Below the pieces are notes generated by a model. That model was not told where the DNA came from. It searched no databases and worked only from the letters and a program-made list of their open reading frames with translations. Below, piece after piece: positions 50,410-64,000 of a stretch of 64,000 nt of DNA. Numbering within the stretch: position 1 is the stretch's first letter; every line of letters starts with the position of its first letter. Source of the stretch: Felis catus (Eukaryota); NCBI RefSeq assembly GCF_018350175.1, contig NC_058368.1, positions 160,396,001 to 160,460,000 on the forward strand, in the 5' to 3' direction. Position numbers and translations under genes: made by a program.

Positions 50410-50604
50410 GGGGCACCTGCGTGGCTCAATTAGTTAAGCATCCAACTTTGGCTCAGGTCATGATCTCCCTGTTCATGAGCTCAAGCCCCACATTGGGCTT
50501 TCTGCTGTCACTGTGGAACCTGCTTCAGATCCTCTGTCCCCCTTTCTCTCTTTGCACCTCCCCTGCTCATGCTTGCTTTCCTTCTCTCAAAAATTAGAAA
50601 TAAA
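50410..50604 (+). mobile_element. CanSINE
   Basis: Head ggggcacctgcgtggctca, short tail. Confidence 0.93.
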
Positions 50605-53600
50605 TAGACTGTTTTAGTGCTTTCCATGTTTAAGAAAAAAAAAAGCTGTTATTTTCAGAACCTTAGCACATATGTTTTTGGTTTTTTTAATTTGCATTTA
50701 ATGCACAGGATATTCAACTAGAAAAAAATCCTGTTCTGCACGTTACTTTTTATTATAAGATCTGCTTTGAAGATATGAATGATGATTCTTGTCCCATCTT
50801 GTTTGATAGGATATAGATAATTCTGTTTAATCTAAGTTTTTTATCTTTTGTCCCTGGGTAAGGTAGACAAATTGAATTTCACTTTTAGTTTATTTATTCT
50901 GTCAGAGATTCTGAATCAGGAGTTTAAAGTCGCTGTCTGACAAGAAAAAGTCAACATCTGTTGAGTTGATTTATTATTTATGTATTAGATTTTATGGCAC
51001 TTTCCCCCTGAAGAGCCGAAAACATTCTACACATAATTCTTACACGTTTCAAATACCTTTCACAAGAAACACCTATAAACATTCCAACATGAAAAGTGAC
51101 AGAAAAGGAATCGAATGAGGAAAACAAGGAAGAAGAGGCCCCTAGGGCAAATGATCACAGCCTCAAGTAGGAGGGGTATCTAATAATTTAAGCATTCATG
51201 TTGCAAGGCCACAGGGGATACACTTTTCTCTGCCAAAGCTTTCTCCCTGCACATCTGCTCTCATTGCCTGCTACCTGGCTCCCAGATGCTTCTGTTCTCT
51301 GTGGCTACTTTCTCTACACTGTGAGCTTCAAATATTCTGTTGATTAGGGCCATCCAGGAATTTAATGTAATGAGACCTCAGGTTTCCCAGATGCTTTTTC
51401 TTTCTACTCCTACAGATAGTGAAATTTCTGAGAAGGCGTGCTTGTGGTGGGAGAGAACCTGAAGGTTATTATAACCTGTTGTATACTATTTCATGAGACT
51501 TACACGTGACCGTTTAAAATTATTTGATTAAATAACAAAATAATTGATTTTAGTTATTTTTAATGAATGAGGTAAGGTTGAACAAACTTACGGAAGGATT
51601 TTATGAAGACTAGAGGTATGAGAGTATAGTTTCCATGTTTCAGATTTCATTTACAGTTAAAGTCATTGCTCAAAAACAAATTCAAAATATGCCCAAATTA
51701 TATTGTACCATAAATATCTTTTGATTTTATGTAATGTGTACTTTGTGTTTTTTTTAATATTAAGAATATGAAAAAAAAGACAGTATCTGTCAGATAGACA
51801 GATATCAGTAACATTCTGTTACTGATAGAATGGTCTTTCTATAATTTTCTTTTCTTCTGGAAGTATGTCCATTTGGTTTGATAGCTGAGGTTAAAGCAAT
51901 ATAACTTCTTTAATTGTTTCAGGATTTCATAGTCTGAAAAATTGTACATTTTAAAAAGTGTTAAATATTTCTTTGGAAATAAAATGGAACCTTGCTGAGA
52001 TAAAAAGCATATAATTTTAAGTTTCATGAGCTTTCATAATTCTATATTGAACTCATATTCTTGACTTGTTAAATGTCTACATTCATTTTTCTAATAGCAA
52101 ATAGAACTACAAAACACATGAAGTTATTAAACCAAAAGCAGGAAATATATGGCATAGTGCTATACTTTTAAAATGTAATTTACTAAAGTGTCTCAAAATC
52201 TATTACTTTCTAAAAGGTATCTGATGATTTGAATGTTCCTAGAGCCTTAACCAACACCCACCAGCCATGTAAATGGAAATTCATTGCTGGACTCTATGAG
52301 GCAAAGAATAACAAAGAACTTGACTGGAAACAAAAAGTGAGCATTTTCCCATAGAAGATGAAAGATGAATTAAAGGTTCAACTTTTTAATTTTATCAATA
52401 AGATTGAAAATAAAAGTATATCTATTTTGACCTTCTAAGATCATGACAACAGAGAGACAAAGAGACAAGAAACTTCTGTGTTTAGTTTTCTGTCTACCTC
52501 TGATGCAAGCTGTTTCCCAAAGCCACCATATGAATTATTTGTCCCCAATATATTACAGCTCTCTTATATTGTTTGCATTGAGTTGGATATGAGCAGGTGT
52601 TAGAGGTAAGCGTTTCTGAAACAGAATATTCATTGTCTTTTATGGTCTCTTTAAACATGTGGAGAAAGGAGTTTGGAATAATACTTATTGTTTTCATTCA
52701 TCCTTGATGAAACATTTGAGTTTCAACACTTTTCCTTACTGAGAAAAGCATATTTATTTGAAGCAGGTGTCTTGAAATAGTTCATAAGATGGATCTGATT
52801 CTCAGTTACAAAAAGGCCACTTATACCATGTTAGTACTTTTCAATATATTTCTTTATTACTAAGTATACAGTGGCTTTGTGTGTAGCTTCCCTGAGTTAT
52901 TTAATGTGCTTCATTGTCTCCATCTGTTAAAAAGGGTAACAAGATCCTCTTCCTGAATCTTGACAGTGTTAACATTACCCTCCTTGGTTGCCTAGACTTC
53001 TATGCAAGACACATTATTGTTTATATTGCCTAAGGTTTCATGCTTAGTGAGACCTTACAGAAGCTCACGCTCGATTTGGGCTGCCAGGAGCAGATAGGAC
53101 TTCACAGACCAGAGAGGTTAAAATACATGGAGAATGGGAAAGTGGAGATTGGTTCCAATGAGGGAACCAAGTAGTGGCATTTGAGACCAAAAAAGTTGGT
53201 TGGAATATGTTGGGGCAGGAGGTGAAACTTAAATACCTGGATAAAGAATTGATAGACACTTGAAAGTATTTGACTATTTATGACCGTGGGAATGATGTGG
53301 CAAAGGCACTGCGTGCTTTAATATAATTTTTGAGAGCTATATATTAAATGTGTCTAATGCATATGAGACACCATCCTGGCAAGGACATGAAGCAGAGTGG
53401 TGCCATCTTGAATAAAAAGAAAGGGATACACGTGGCAGTTAATTCAAAGGAAGCTTCCATTAGAATTAGACTGGTGGAATGTTAAGGGATAAAGTTTTTC
53501 CTTTAAGCTGTCCCAGTGCTTTTGCCTAAAGCATTAGGAAAATGAATAATGATAGAGAAATTGAGATAGCTGGTAACATTGGTTTAAAAATGTTGATTTT

Positions 53601-53825
53601 GGTTTTACGTATGCTGAATTTGGGAAAAGAATAAGAGATTTAGGGACCATATAAATTCGTGAATTAATTTTTATAATATTTAAATCAAAAGCCTTTAGAA
53701 AAGAGAAACTGGCTGGACTTTGGATAAAATAAGTAGTGAACTTTAATGAATAAATTAAATAAGAAAATAAAATTGAGAAGTGGTAGCATTGCATCAATTG
53801 AAACTGATCTCAGTATATATTATTT

Positions 53826-53826
<1 letters not shown>

Positions 53827-53859
<33 letters not shown>

Positions 53860-54060
53860 AATTTTTACTTTTTTTTTTGAGACAGCGACAGAGCATGAGC
53901 GGGGGAGGGGCAGAGAGAGGGAGAGACACAGAATCCGAAGCAGGCTCCAGGCTCTGAGCTGTCAGCACAGAGCCAGAATCAGGGCTAGAACTCATCAATG
54001 GTGAGATCATGACCTGAGCCAAAGTCGGATGCTCAACCAACTGAGCCAGCCAGGCGGCCC
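53827..54060 (-). mobile_element. CanSINE (SINEC_Fc) with (GATT)n tail
   Basis: TSD tcagtatatattattta/tcagtaaatataattta at 53810-53826 and 54061-54077. Confidence 0.95.
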
Positions 54061-54246
54061 TCAGTAAATATAATTTAGAGGAATGGACAAATTACTACAC
54101 ATTTTTCTCATGATTATAAAAGTAACATAAGTCACTGTAGTAAATATTTAAGAATTAGGAAAAACATAAACAAGAAAATAAAACAGCCTTAAAATCACCA
54201 TATACAGTAACAACTATTAACATTTTAACAAATTTGTTACCTTTTT

Positions 54247-54439
54247 TTAATGTTTCATTTACTTTTGAGAGAGAGAGTGAGGGAGGGGCAATGAGAGCCG
54301 GGGAGAGAGGATCCCTGGCAGGCTCCCTATTGACAGCAATGAGCCAGATATGGGGCTTGAAACCAAGAACCATGAGTTCATGACCTGAACTGAAGTCAGA
54401 TGCTCAACCGCTCAACCGACTGAGCCACCCAGCAGCCTC
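54247..54439 (-). mobile_element. CanSINE
   Basis: TSD caaatttgttaccttttt/caaatttatcaccttttt. Confidence 0.92.
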
Positions 54440-54589
54440 CAAATTTATCACCTTTTTATATGTAATTTCATAGTTGATTTGGTATTTTTATGCTTAGTAT
54501 TTGTTACATAAACTTTTGCCATCCTATTAAATATCTTAAACATCACATATGGATGGCTATCTTCATTGAATTCTGTAAAGAAGAGTGAT

Positions 54590-54830
54590 AAAGAGGTTAC
54601 CTTTAGAATCAGACAGCTTTGTTTTAAATTCTAGAATCATTATGAACTTGTTGAATGACCTTAGGTAATCATTTAACTTCTCTAAGCCTAAATAATTTCA
54701 TCCAAAAATATGACAATATCATAAATGCACTGAGATTAAAGATATAATGTATTTTACAATTAAAGATTAAATATATAATGTATATTAAACATATATCACA
54801 GAATCTGTTAATAGTGTAAGCACAGTATCT
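54590..54830 (+). mobile_element. MIR fragment
   Basis: ctttagaatcagacag...tgaccttaggtaatcatttaacttctctaagcct. Confidence 0.7.
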
Positions 54831-55595
54831 ATAAATTTTATAGGGTCTATATAAAATTATATTTCTCTTTTGCCTTTGTTTCCATATTTCATATTTCTCC
54901 TTTGCCGATATTTATTTATTCTTTCTTTCTTTTTTTTAAAACAAATTTTGGTCTTTTTTCCTTCCTCCCTTCTTTCCTTTATAGTAAAAACTACATTTTC
55001 AACTTGAGATTGGGAAAGAGAAAAACTAAAAAAAAAATCTATGATGGCTTGCCTTCAGCATAATTGTAACACTCCTTTCTCATTCCCGGCCTTTATTAGG
55101 CAAAAAGGTCACTAGGTATGTCACTTATAGATGCCTTTACACCCATTATATTTACCTACTTTTTGCTCTAGCCTCAGATAGTCTTCAACAAGATGTTGCT
55201 TTTTGCTTGTCTGGAATTGAGAACCAACTAATTTTGGGCATAGTTGGGCACACCCTACTTTTAATTTGTCTTTTGCCTTACCCTACCCAGAACCTTTTGG
55301 TCCAGCACAGATCTGTCTACCTCTTAGTTCTGATCCTTCCAGAGGGCTGCACATGCTCTTAAACATAGCCTATCCCATTTCTCTCTTAAAGTAGGAAACT
55401 CAACAGCAGCTTGTTGCTACAGTGAAGACCTATGTGAACAGTATAGAATTATTAAAAAGTCAGATCCTCCTAAAAATAGCAAACCCAAAAATGCCGTTAC
55501 TCCTACATGGTCCATTTCTCAAGTGGTTTCAGCACTACCATTTGTTTTTTTTAGCTATTATTATTTTTATTATCTTTAAAGAAAATAATCTTGGA

Positions 55596-55813
55596 GGGGT
55601 GCCTGGGTGGCTCAGTCGGTTAAGCGCCCAACTTCGGCTCAGGTCATCTCGCGGTCCGTGAGTTCGAGCCCGGCGTCGGGCTCTGTGCTGACATCTCAGA
55701 GCCTGGAGCCTGTTTCAGATTCTGTGTCTCCCTCTCTCTGACCCTCCCCTGTTCATGCTCTGGCTCTCCCTGTCTCAAAAATAAATAAAACGTTAAAAAA
55801 ATAAAAAAAAAAT
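55596..55813 (+). mobile_element. Young CanSINE (SINEC_Fc)
   Basis: CpG-rich near-consensus copy. TSD aaaa(t/g)aatcttggag at 55582-55596 and 55814-55828. Confidence 0.96.
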
Positions 55814-56500
55814 AAAAGAATCTTGGAGAAGTCATTCTTTTTGTTCTTAAAGGGTAGAATAGTATTTGTGTGTGTGTGTGCTGCACGCGTGTGTGTGGCT
55901 TGAGGTCACAGGAAATTAGAGAGATTTTAGTTTAAAACAAAATTGTGATGGTCTATCAAAATGATAGATGGAAAATATAGAATAGCATGCTGCTTCAGGT
56001 CACTTGAGGGAGGGACAGGAGGACATTCCTTGGCATTTTTGCCAATAATTTATGGAATTGACTGACCAAGCACCTTTTATATCTATAATTATGATGAGCT
56101 GTTGTGAAAATGTCACAAGGTGAACCACAGTCTGCCTTGCTGTTGTCTCCGTGTCCATAAAAATTTTCTGACAGTTCTTAACAGGCTCCAGAGTTATACT
56201 CGTCTAGAGTTGGTATAATGAGTTAGCTTTAAAATGCATGCTGTATTTGAGATGCATTCAATACCTTCTCTTCTACAGGAGTAAAGCTTACAACAAATGT
56301 TTGTGCCTCACACACGGATTTTGTATTTGTAATAACTCTTAGGTAATTCTCGGAGATATAAATATACTTTGTGAAATAATGTAGCTTAAATACAACAAGT
56401 AAATCTGTTGTTACTCATGGTGCTTATTTCTTTTCTTGATTCAAGTCATTTGTTATGTTTCACATAGAGTAGAAAGCAACTCTAAAGTCTGAGTAATTTT

Positions 56501-56841
56501 GATAGAAGCTAGAGTGTATTATGCTAAGCGAAATAAGTCCATCAGAGAAAGACAAATACCACTCGATTTCACTCATAGGTGGAATTTAAGAAACACAACA
56601 GATACACACAGGGAAAGGGGAAAAAAAAGAGAGGGAGGCACACCATAAGAGACTCTTAACTACAGAGAACAAACTAAGAGTTGCTGTAGGGTAGGTGGTT
56701 GGGTGAATGGGCTAGATGGGGGATGGGTGTTAGGAGAGCACTTGTGATGAGCACTGGATGTTATATGTAAGTAAGGAATCACTAAATTCTACTCCTGAAG
56801 CCAATATTACATTATATGTTAACTAAGCATAATTTAAAAAA
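56501..56841 (+). mobile_element. 5'-truncated carnivore L1 3' end
   Basis: TSD taaagt(c/t)tgagtaatttt at 56483-56500 and 56842-56859. L1 3'UTR motifs. Confidence 0.92.
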
Positions 56842-58060
56842 TAAAGTTTGAGTAATTTTAAAGTAAATTTGCAATTTTCAAAAATTTCATAAACTAATAC
56901 TTCAATTCTTGAGGCTCAATATTCATCTTGTCATAAGTGATCATAACATGGGGTTAAGCTTCTATGCTTCTGTTTTTCTATTGGTGTAATAAGTAGTGTT
57001 GACATTTTACCTAAACATGCAGAGTTACATTAAGTTTGATGTCAGATGACAAAGATCTGTATTGAGTGGACTTTGGTTAAGGTATAATGAGGGAGGCACA
57101 CCATTAACTGATTGCCCACCAAATGACCACCCTCTGAAAACAGTATCTCCTTTTACAGGTGCTATTAAGGGATGGTAGATAAGTTGCCCAATTAGAGAGT
57201 TAATAATCTACACCAAATTTAATTTTTATTCTATTAAAATTTTCAAATATATACAAAACTAGAAATAATAGTATAATGAACTCTTAGGTGCCCATTGTAC
57301 CCAAATTTAAGCAATTATTAACTCTTGACCAATCTTATTTCATCTCTCTCTCCCTTTAGCATCCCTCTCCTGTTTTATTTTGAAGGAAATATTTAGATTA
57401 CTTATATCTAAAAGTTGAAAAATATTAAAGAAATTACCAATAATACCATCATCACACTTAAATACTGGTAGGTTCTTAATATTATTAAATATAAGAATCT
57501 CAAATTTGTGTCTCTCTTTTTTTTAACTTTCTTTAAATTATGACTGAAATAAGGACTATGCATTGCAATTGGTTCATGCAACTGTTCTGTATTAACCTAA
57601 AGCTTCCTTCCACCTCTTTATTTACTCATTTTTTTGCAGTTCAGTTATTGGAATAACAGCATTGTTTGGTAGGATTTCTTACAATCTTTTTGCATCCCTC
57701 TTGTGTTGTGTAAGATGTTATGCTGTCCCTTCATGTTTTATAAAATGGCTGCTCAATTTACAGGCTTGATTAGGTAGAGGTTTTATATTTTTGAAGGTCC
57801 CTTCACAGATGATATTGAATACTTAAATCAAGAAGGACTCATTGTGTGATTTTCTTTTTCTCTTTTTTTTATTTTTTCAGCCATTAATTATTATTTCATC
57901 AAGGATTGCAAAATTATGATATTCTAATTCTAATCTTTTTGTTTATTAGCTGCAATACCTTTATGAGGAGAAAATTTGTTTCATTAATTATTTTGTTACT
58001 TTTCGTTACAGTGCATAAAAAAACAAATTAAGGCTTGATATTTTTTGTTTATCCAGTTTT

Positions 58061-58270
58061 TTTTTTTCAACGTTTGTTTATTTTTGGGACAGAGAGAGAC
58101 AGAGCATGAACAGGGGAGGGTCAGAGAGAGAGGGAGACACAGAATCGGAAACAGGCTCCAGGCTCTGAGCCATCAGCCCAGAGCCTGACGTGGGGCTCGA
58201 ACTCACGGACCGCAAGATCGTGACCTGGCTGAAGTCGGACGCTTAACCGACTGCGCCACCCAGGCGCCCC
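58061..58270 (-). mobile_element. Young CanSINE
   Basis: CpG-rich, ends ggcgcccc. Short TSD agtttt. Confidence 0.96.
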
Positions 58271-58384
58271 TAGTTTTATAAAATAATATATTAATTACAT
58301 GGCATCTTATATAAGGTATCAAATCATGTTTTTAAAAATGCATTCTTAAGGATTTAAAAATATTGATGAGTTAGTCTTCCATTT

Positions 58385-58606
58385 TTTGTCTGTTTGTTTA
58401 TTTATTTATTTATTTATTTATTTTCAGAGAAAGAGCAAGTGAGAGATAAAGCACAAGTAGGGTAGGGACAGAGAGAGAGGGAGAGAGAATTTCAATCAGA
58501 CATAGCCTAAGCCCAATGCAGGGTTCAAGCCTTCAAACTGTGAGATCATGACCTGAGGTGAAACCAAGAGTCACTCACTCAACTCTCTGGACTACCCAGG
58601 CACTCC
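58385..58606 (-). mobile_element. CanSINE
   Basis: TSD gtcttccattt/gtcctccattt. Confidence 0.9.
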
Positions 58607-58636
58607 TGTCCTCCATTTAAAAAATATGGCAGTATT

Positions 58637-58828
58637 GGGGCACCTGGGTGGCTCATTTGGTTGAGCATCCGACTCTTGGTTTTGGCTCGTTTCATGATCT
58701 CAGAGTTTATGGGTTCAAGTCCCGCATCAGGCACTGCACTGTCAGTTTGGGATTCTCTCTCTCCCCCTCTCTGCTTGTGCTCTTTCTCAAAATAAATAAA
58801 TAACTTTAAAATAAATAAGTAAATAAAT
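58637..58828 (+). mobile_element. CanSINE
   Basis: TSD gcagtattg on both sides. Confidence 0.93.
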
Positions 58829-58864
58829 AAATAGCAGTATTGATATAATTATAACTAAACTAGC

Positions 58865-59786
58865 TTTATTTTTTAATGTTTATTATTTTTATTTTTAATA
58901 CTTTATTTTTTATTGTATTTTATTTATTTTTTTGAAATTGAAATCCAAGTTAGTTAACATATAGTAATAATGATTTCAGGAATAGAATTAGTGATTCATT
59001 AATTACATATAACACCCAGTGCTCATCCCAACATGTGCCCTCCTTAATGCCCATTTTGCCCATCCCCCCACCCAACATCCCACCAGCAACCCTCAATTTG
59101 TTTGATAAAAAACTCTTTAAGAGTCTCTTATGGTTTGTCTCCCTCTCTGTTTTCACCTTTTTTTTTTGTTTCCCTTCCCCTCTGTTCATCTATTTTGTTT
59201 GTTAAACTCCACATATGAGTGAAATCATATGATACTTGTCTTTCCGTGACTGACTTATTTTGCTTAGCATAATACACTCTAGTTCCATCTATGTTGTTGC
59301 AGATGGCAAGACTTCATTTTTTTGGTTGCCAAATAATATTCCATGTGTATATATGTCACATTTTCTTTATTCATCAGTTGATGGACATTTGGGCTCTTTC
59401 TATACTTTGGCTGTTGGCAGTAGTGCTGTTATAAACATTAGGGTGTATGTGCCCCTTCATATCAGCACTTCTGTATCCTTTGGATAAATATCTAGTAGTG
59501 CAACTGCTGGGTCATAGGATAGTTCTCTTTTTAATTTTTTGAAAACTCTCCATACTGTTTTCCAGAGTGGCTGCACCAGTTTGCATTTCCACCAGCAGTG
59601 CAAAAGATTTCCTCTTTCTCTGTATCCTCACCAACACTATTGTTACCTGAGTTGTTAATGTTAGCCATTCTGACAGGTGTGAGGTGGTAACTCATTGTGG
59701 TTTTGATATGTATTTCCCTGATCATGAATGATATTGAGCATCTTTTCATATGTCTGTTAGTCATCTGGATGTTTTCTTTGGGAAAG
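58865..59786 (-). mobile_element. Carnivore L1 3' fragment
   Basis: ORF2 C-terminal peptide [32 protein letters not shown], plus 3'UTR and T tail. Confidence 0.92.
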
Positions 59787-62700
59787 TGACAATTCTTGTT
59801 TTAGATGAAAGGTAGCCTACTATACAAATTTTCCCTACATTGCTAACTCACTTCGAAATATATACCAGGGATTACTCCATGGCAAAATACACTCGTTAGC
59901 AATTATTACTTTTACAAATCTGTATATTTCATTGTATGGATAAGAAATAATATATTCAAGTTTCTATGAAGGATAATTTTCATTCTTTTGTTATTATAAA
60001 TTGTAACATCTAAATGACAGACGGTTGCATATATCTTTCCAATTTTTTTCTGTGATATCTTTAGGATAATTTTCTAGGAGAAGGCATTGCTATATCAAAG
60101 ATTAGAGCATTTTGATTTTGCTGAACATTGCCAAATTCCCTTCCATAATGGTTGCACCATTTTGCATTCTTTCCAGCAGTGCATGGGTACCCCTTTGTCT
60201 TCAGACTCATCAGAAAAAAATCTAATTTGGATTTTTGCCAATTTCAGCACTAATGTACTCAAGTTAGTTCAAATGAAGAGCCAATACTTTTTCTACTAAT
60301 GTATATTGTTTTCTGATGCCTAATTTATATAATTTGTAATATAAAAGTAATTCTACTTCTTAATGCTGCAAAAAGCATGTGCTTATCCATTTATTAATTC
60401 TACTACTTCTTTATGCTGCTTTCAAGTGCATGTCTCTCCATTTATTCTGAGACATTATTGCAATCTATGCTAAAGTAAATGTGATTCTACTGACTTATTT
60501 TTATGTATTTCAAAACTATATGTGAATACAGTAATTAAATTATTCCAAAGACCATTTCTAGCATATATGTAATCAGCTCAGTCCATTTCTGTGGTGTGTA
60601 ACTGATACAGTTAAATCCTGCCTATTGGGTTCCTGTGTAGACGGTCTGTTCTGATCATTGTGATAGAGTTTTGACTAAATTGCTTTTCAGGGTATTTCAT
60701 TTTTCTGCTAAGTTTAAAGCCCTGCTTTAGACAAAGAAAGCTTAGATGACATTATAAAAAACATGCAGGACACTTTAAAACAAATAAGGGCAAGACTAAA
60801 ACAATGTTGAATTTCTCAGCTCTTTGTTGAGTCACTAATACAATTTCTGAACATGGCATACACTTTCATTTATTGTCCTGAATTTTAATTTTTTGCCTAA
60901 AGCTAGCCATTTTTCCTTAAAGTGAATCATTGATTGACTCTCCCTCAAGCTGAATTTCAGACTCAAACCACCTGCAGTGATACGCTTGTTGTGACTACAG
61001 AATCAGTCAGGGAAAGAAGTTTTGGAACCGTCTATGCACCAATGACTTCTCTCCTCTTTTTTCAATCAGAGAAATATCCCAGACTCCCTTCACCGGAAAG
61101 CAAACAAAAGCAATAGATCATGAAAATGTTGATGAATTGGTGCGTAGAAACCAAACATAGTGGCAGCCACTCAGCTTTAGATTCAAGTGGATTGATTTTT
61201 AGTAGAAATAAAAATAAGCCCAGCTTTCCAAAACACATCTCAGGTTCTGCCTGAGATTTCATGAGAAGATTTTGTCAAGGAATATGCTTTTATTTTATCA
61301 GGGGAAAAGTGAATGACTCTAATTTTTACTTATTCAGTGTAAGATGGAGTGTGACATATCAATTCCAATAAGTTCAGTTCAACAAATAGTTGGTATTGCT
61401 ACAATATGAGATGAGCTATGTGAGGTGTTTGGAAGAATACAGGGGTAAGTAAGAAATGATCTCTGAGTTAAGGACATCCTCTCTGTCAAGTTAACTCAAT
61501 ACCTCCTCTTGATCTTTTCAAGTCCTTTTAAGGTCCTTTTGCAGTGTGGATAGAATTCTGGGGATTGTGTTGGAGTCATTAAGTACTTTTTTGTGTGTAT
61601 CTTTGATACCGCATTTTTAACTAGTGGAAACACATTTCTTTTAGATTGTGTCCAAATTATTCTGTCTGTACATGTAGTCCAGCATCCAAGCAGAAAAATG
61701 AAGATGATACTGCTACCAGAACATGAAAAGGGGAACATAGGTTGCTAAATCAATTTCAAGCTCAAAAAGTCAGGTTAAATGTTTTTCACACACACGCACA
61801 CACAAAATCAGGACAGTTTCATGAGTGAGCCAGATGCTGGAATATGGTTGAGCCAATGAGGCAGGAGAGGATTTTGGATGCAACTTAGGAGACCTCCTCT
61901 TCTAAAGAGAACAAGAAACACCAAGAATCTTTATACTTTAGGAAACACTGTGAAGGGAATTTCCTAATTAAACCATGTTGAAAAATGAAAATGATGTAAT
62001 AGGTAAAACATTTTTATGTCTTCGGTAGTAACTCAGATTCTATGCCTACCATAAGGCTTTTCTGAGTGGAATGAGCTGAGAAAAAAAAAATATCAAGTAG
62101 ATGAAATCTCTTTCAGAAAAGAAGTAAAAGGAAAATCTCCTTCTCCTGGCTCCAGAGAATTATGGGGACAACAGAGGTACACCTCCTTCAGAGGTACAGG
62201 AGACATCTGGTTGAGATGTGTGAGTCCCACTGAAATGAAATCCTTGAACAGAAGAGACTGCAGTTGTCAGAGGGAGAAGTTGAAGGTGGGGACATTGTGG
62301 CTCCTCTTCCTGTTCGGACTCTAGCATAGACAACCAGTGATATGCTGTGGTCTGGAATTGATCCAGGGCAGTTCTGCAGAGAACAGAGTTAGTTAGGTAG
62401 AAAGGACCTATTTAACAGTCGGGAAGTAATCTTGGCTCTCTTTGGTTATATTTTACCAGAGTTGCCTCCTGGTCCCAGGAATAGTGAAAGTAATTGGGAG
62501 TCTATGGGCATGCAGCGGATCAGATCCAAGATGACCCCACAGCACAGGGTGTCGGTTAGACTAAGTCTAGGGGTCTGTGGTGATTAACAGGAAAGAGAAT
62601 CAGAAGATGTCTCCCATACCAGTGTGAGTACCACAGTGGGGTTTAGTCAGACATAAGGTCTCACTAAGGAGTTGATAGGGACAAAAACCACAAGTGATGC

Positions 62701-63601
62701 GAGGCAAAAGTTGAGCAGCAGGAGCCCTTATACTGCCCAAGGATGGAAACACATGCACCAATGCCACAGAAATGCTAACCAACACAGACACAAGAGCCAG
62801 GTTAAGGCAAGAATATTTCCTTTCTGCTAATGCTGTAAAGTCAAACCTAGATGCCTTCTTTAACAACGAAAGATGTCTTCTTGGAGGAGGGTGAATGTAG
62901 AATGGAGTACGACTTAGATTGTCAAGAAACTGAAAATTAAAACAAATTGTTATAAACATTTTTACTATGTTGGGTATGTTGAATATTAATGGTGATCAAC
63001 TACTTAGAAAGTAAAATCAGTGATAGATAAAAGAAGATAAATTTTGGGAACACATTTAAGTGCAGTGTAAATAAACTTGTAACCCCATTAGAATCACATT
63101 ATAGTTCTTTGTCATCAATTCTGTATATTCAACGGTGTGTAACTGACTTGAGGGCAGAAAGCTACCTTATTTTTCTTTGGTATCTGCTGTGAATAGCATA
63201 GTGTTTGGCATATAGCAAATGTTTATTAGATTGAAATGAATTTACCACTATCAAGAGCATTTGCTTTCAAATCAAGTTTCCCTTGGGCTAGGGCTGAATA
63301 ACCCTAGGTGAGAATTCTGGTATTTCTCCAGAGGTTCTGAATCTTGACAAACTAGTTCAAAGACAGTCTAACCAGAGGTATTAGAATAAGCAAAGACATA
63401 GAGATAAGAAACCAGTGTGTTTACAAAAATGGTGAGTTCTCCAATTTGGCTGATTAGGAATTATCATTGTCAGTGTTAAATTCCACTAATAATATTAGCA
63501 GTTACAACTTACTAAGTACTTTTTCCATTAGCATATTACTGTGCTTTGCAATTTATATCCTTCATTTCAATTAACAATCCTATGGCAATAGGTATTACTG
63601 C

Positions 63602-64000
63602 TGTATTAGCTTCCAATTAGGAGACAGAAATCACACAGTAATTTAAACATGGAAAGTAAAATACAAAGAATTAATATAATATTGGATTGGCTAATAAGGG
63701 GGAAAGAAAGCTAAAGAATTTGAAATAACAAATATAGGCAGAAGCCTCTACTCCTAGGTAGGGACAATACCCAGCACCCAACAATGAAGCAAATCTGGAT
63801 AATTTCCTCCTATGGGACTGAGATGCAAACTTTTTTGGGAAGGTTGCAGCCATGGCTCACTGGATGGTAAAAGTGGCTGAGGTTTTTCAAAAAAGGCTCA
63901 TTGAGAATCATCCTCTGGGATGGTCATGAAGCTGTCTCTGGAAAAGTTCTGAGCCTCACAGTGCCCTGAGAAGCCAAGGGGGAAAGCTATTTACAGGTAT
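63602..64000. mobile_element. Ancient ERV LTR fragment (family uncertain), runs off the window
   Basis: Starts tgtattag..ttccaattaggagacagaaatcacacagtaattt, like old ERV LTR termini. Interrupts a MIR-like segment (~63480-63600). Confidence 0.5.

Larger units (their letters stand above)
57215..60245 (-). mobile_element. Old L1 (L1MC5-like) 3' region hosting several younger inserts
   Basis: attttcaaatatatacaaaactagaaataatagtataatgaac terminus. Resumes at ~59790 (ggttgcaccattttgcattctttccagcagt). Confidence 0.65.

Noticed and set aside
52560..52606. Plus-strand exon-like segment ending GAG|GTAAGC
   Set aside because: Stops in all three frames and no other support.
55596..55680. tRNA genes suggested by A/B boxes
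   Set aside because: These are tRNA-derived CanSINE heads followed by a CT block and A tail.
60934..61116. 60-aa ORF in non-repeat sequence
   Set aside because: No recognisable homology or convincing splice pair.
1..64000. CRISPR arrays, operons, rRNA, snRNA copies, NUMT, CpG island
   Set aside because: None seen; this is CpG-depleted mammalian DNA whose periodic sequences are microsatellites.

Overview
AT-rich, repeat-dense mammalian genomic DNA. The tRNA-derived CanSINEs (SINEC_Fc type) and feline L1 3' ends point to a felid. I recognise no intact protein-coding gene, and almost all ORF-track entries are SINE, L1 or microsatellite artefacts. Non-repeat content I can read: (1) a heavily decayed, apparently intron-containing Toll-like-receptor-type pseudogene on the minus strand (~16.2-20.7 kb; LRR-NT, ~11 LRRs, LRR-CT, TM, TIR remnants); (2) an RPL19 retrocopy split by a Tigger1-derived element; (3) an internal alpha-tubulin fragment (codons ~126-289) inside an old L1, with no poly-A or TSD; (4) a possible CpG-rich terminal exon at ~1.26 kb. 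Retrotransposition oddities include an L1 3' transduction inside a SINE, an internally deleted L1 with a TSD, and SINEs with duplicated B-box segments. Repeat family names come from my memory of consensus sequences, boundaries of old repeats are approximate, and all translations were done by hand.
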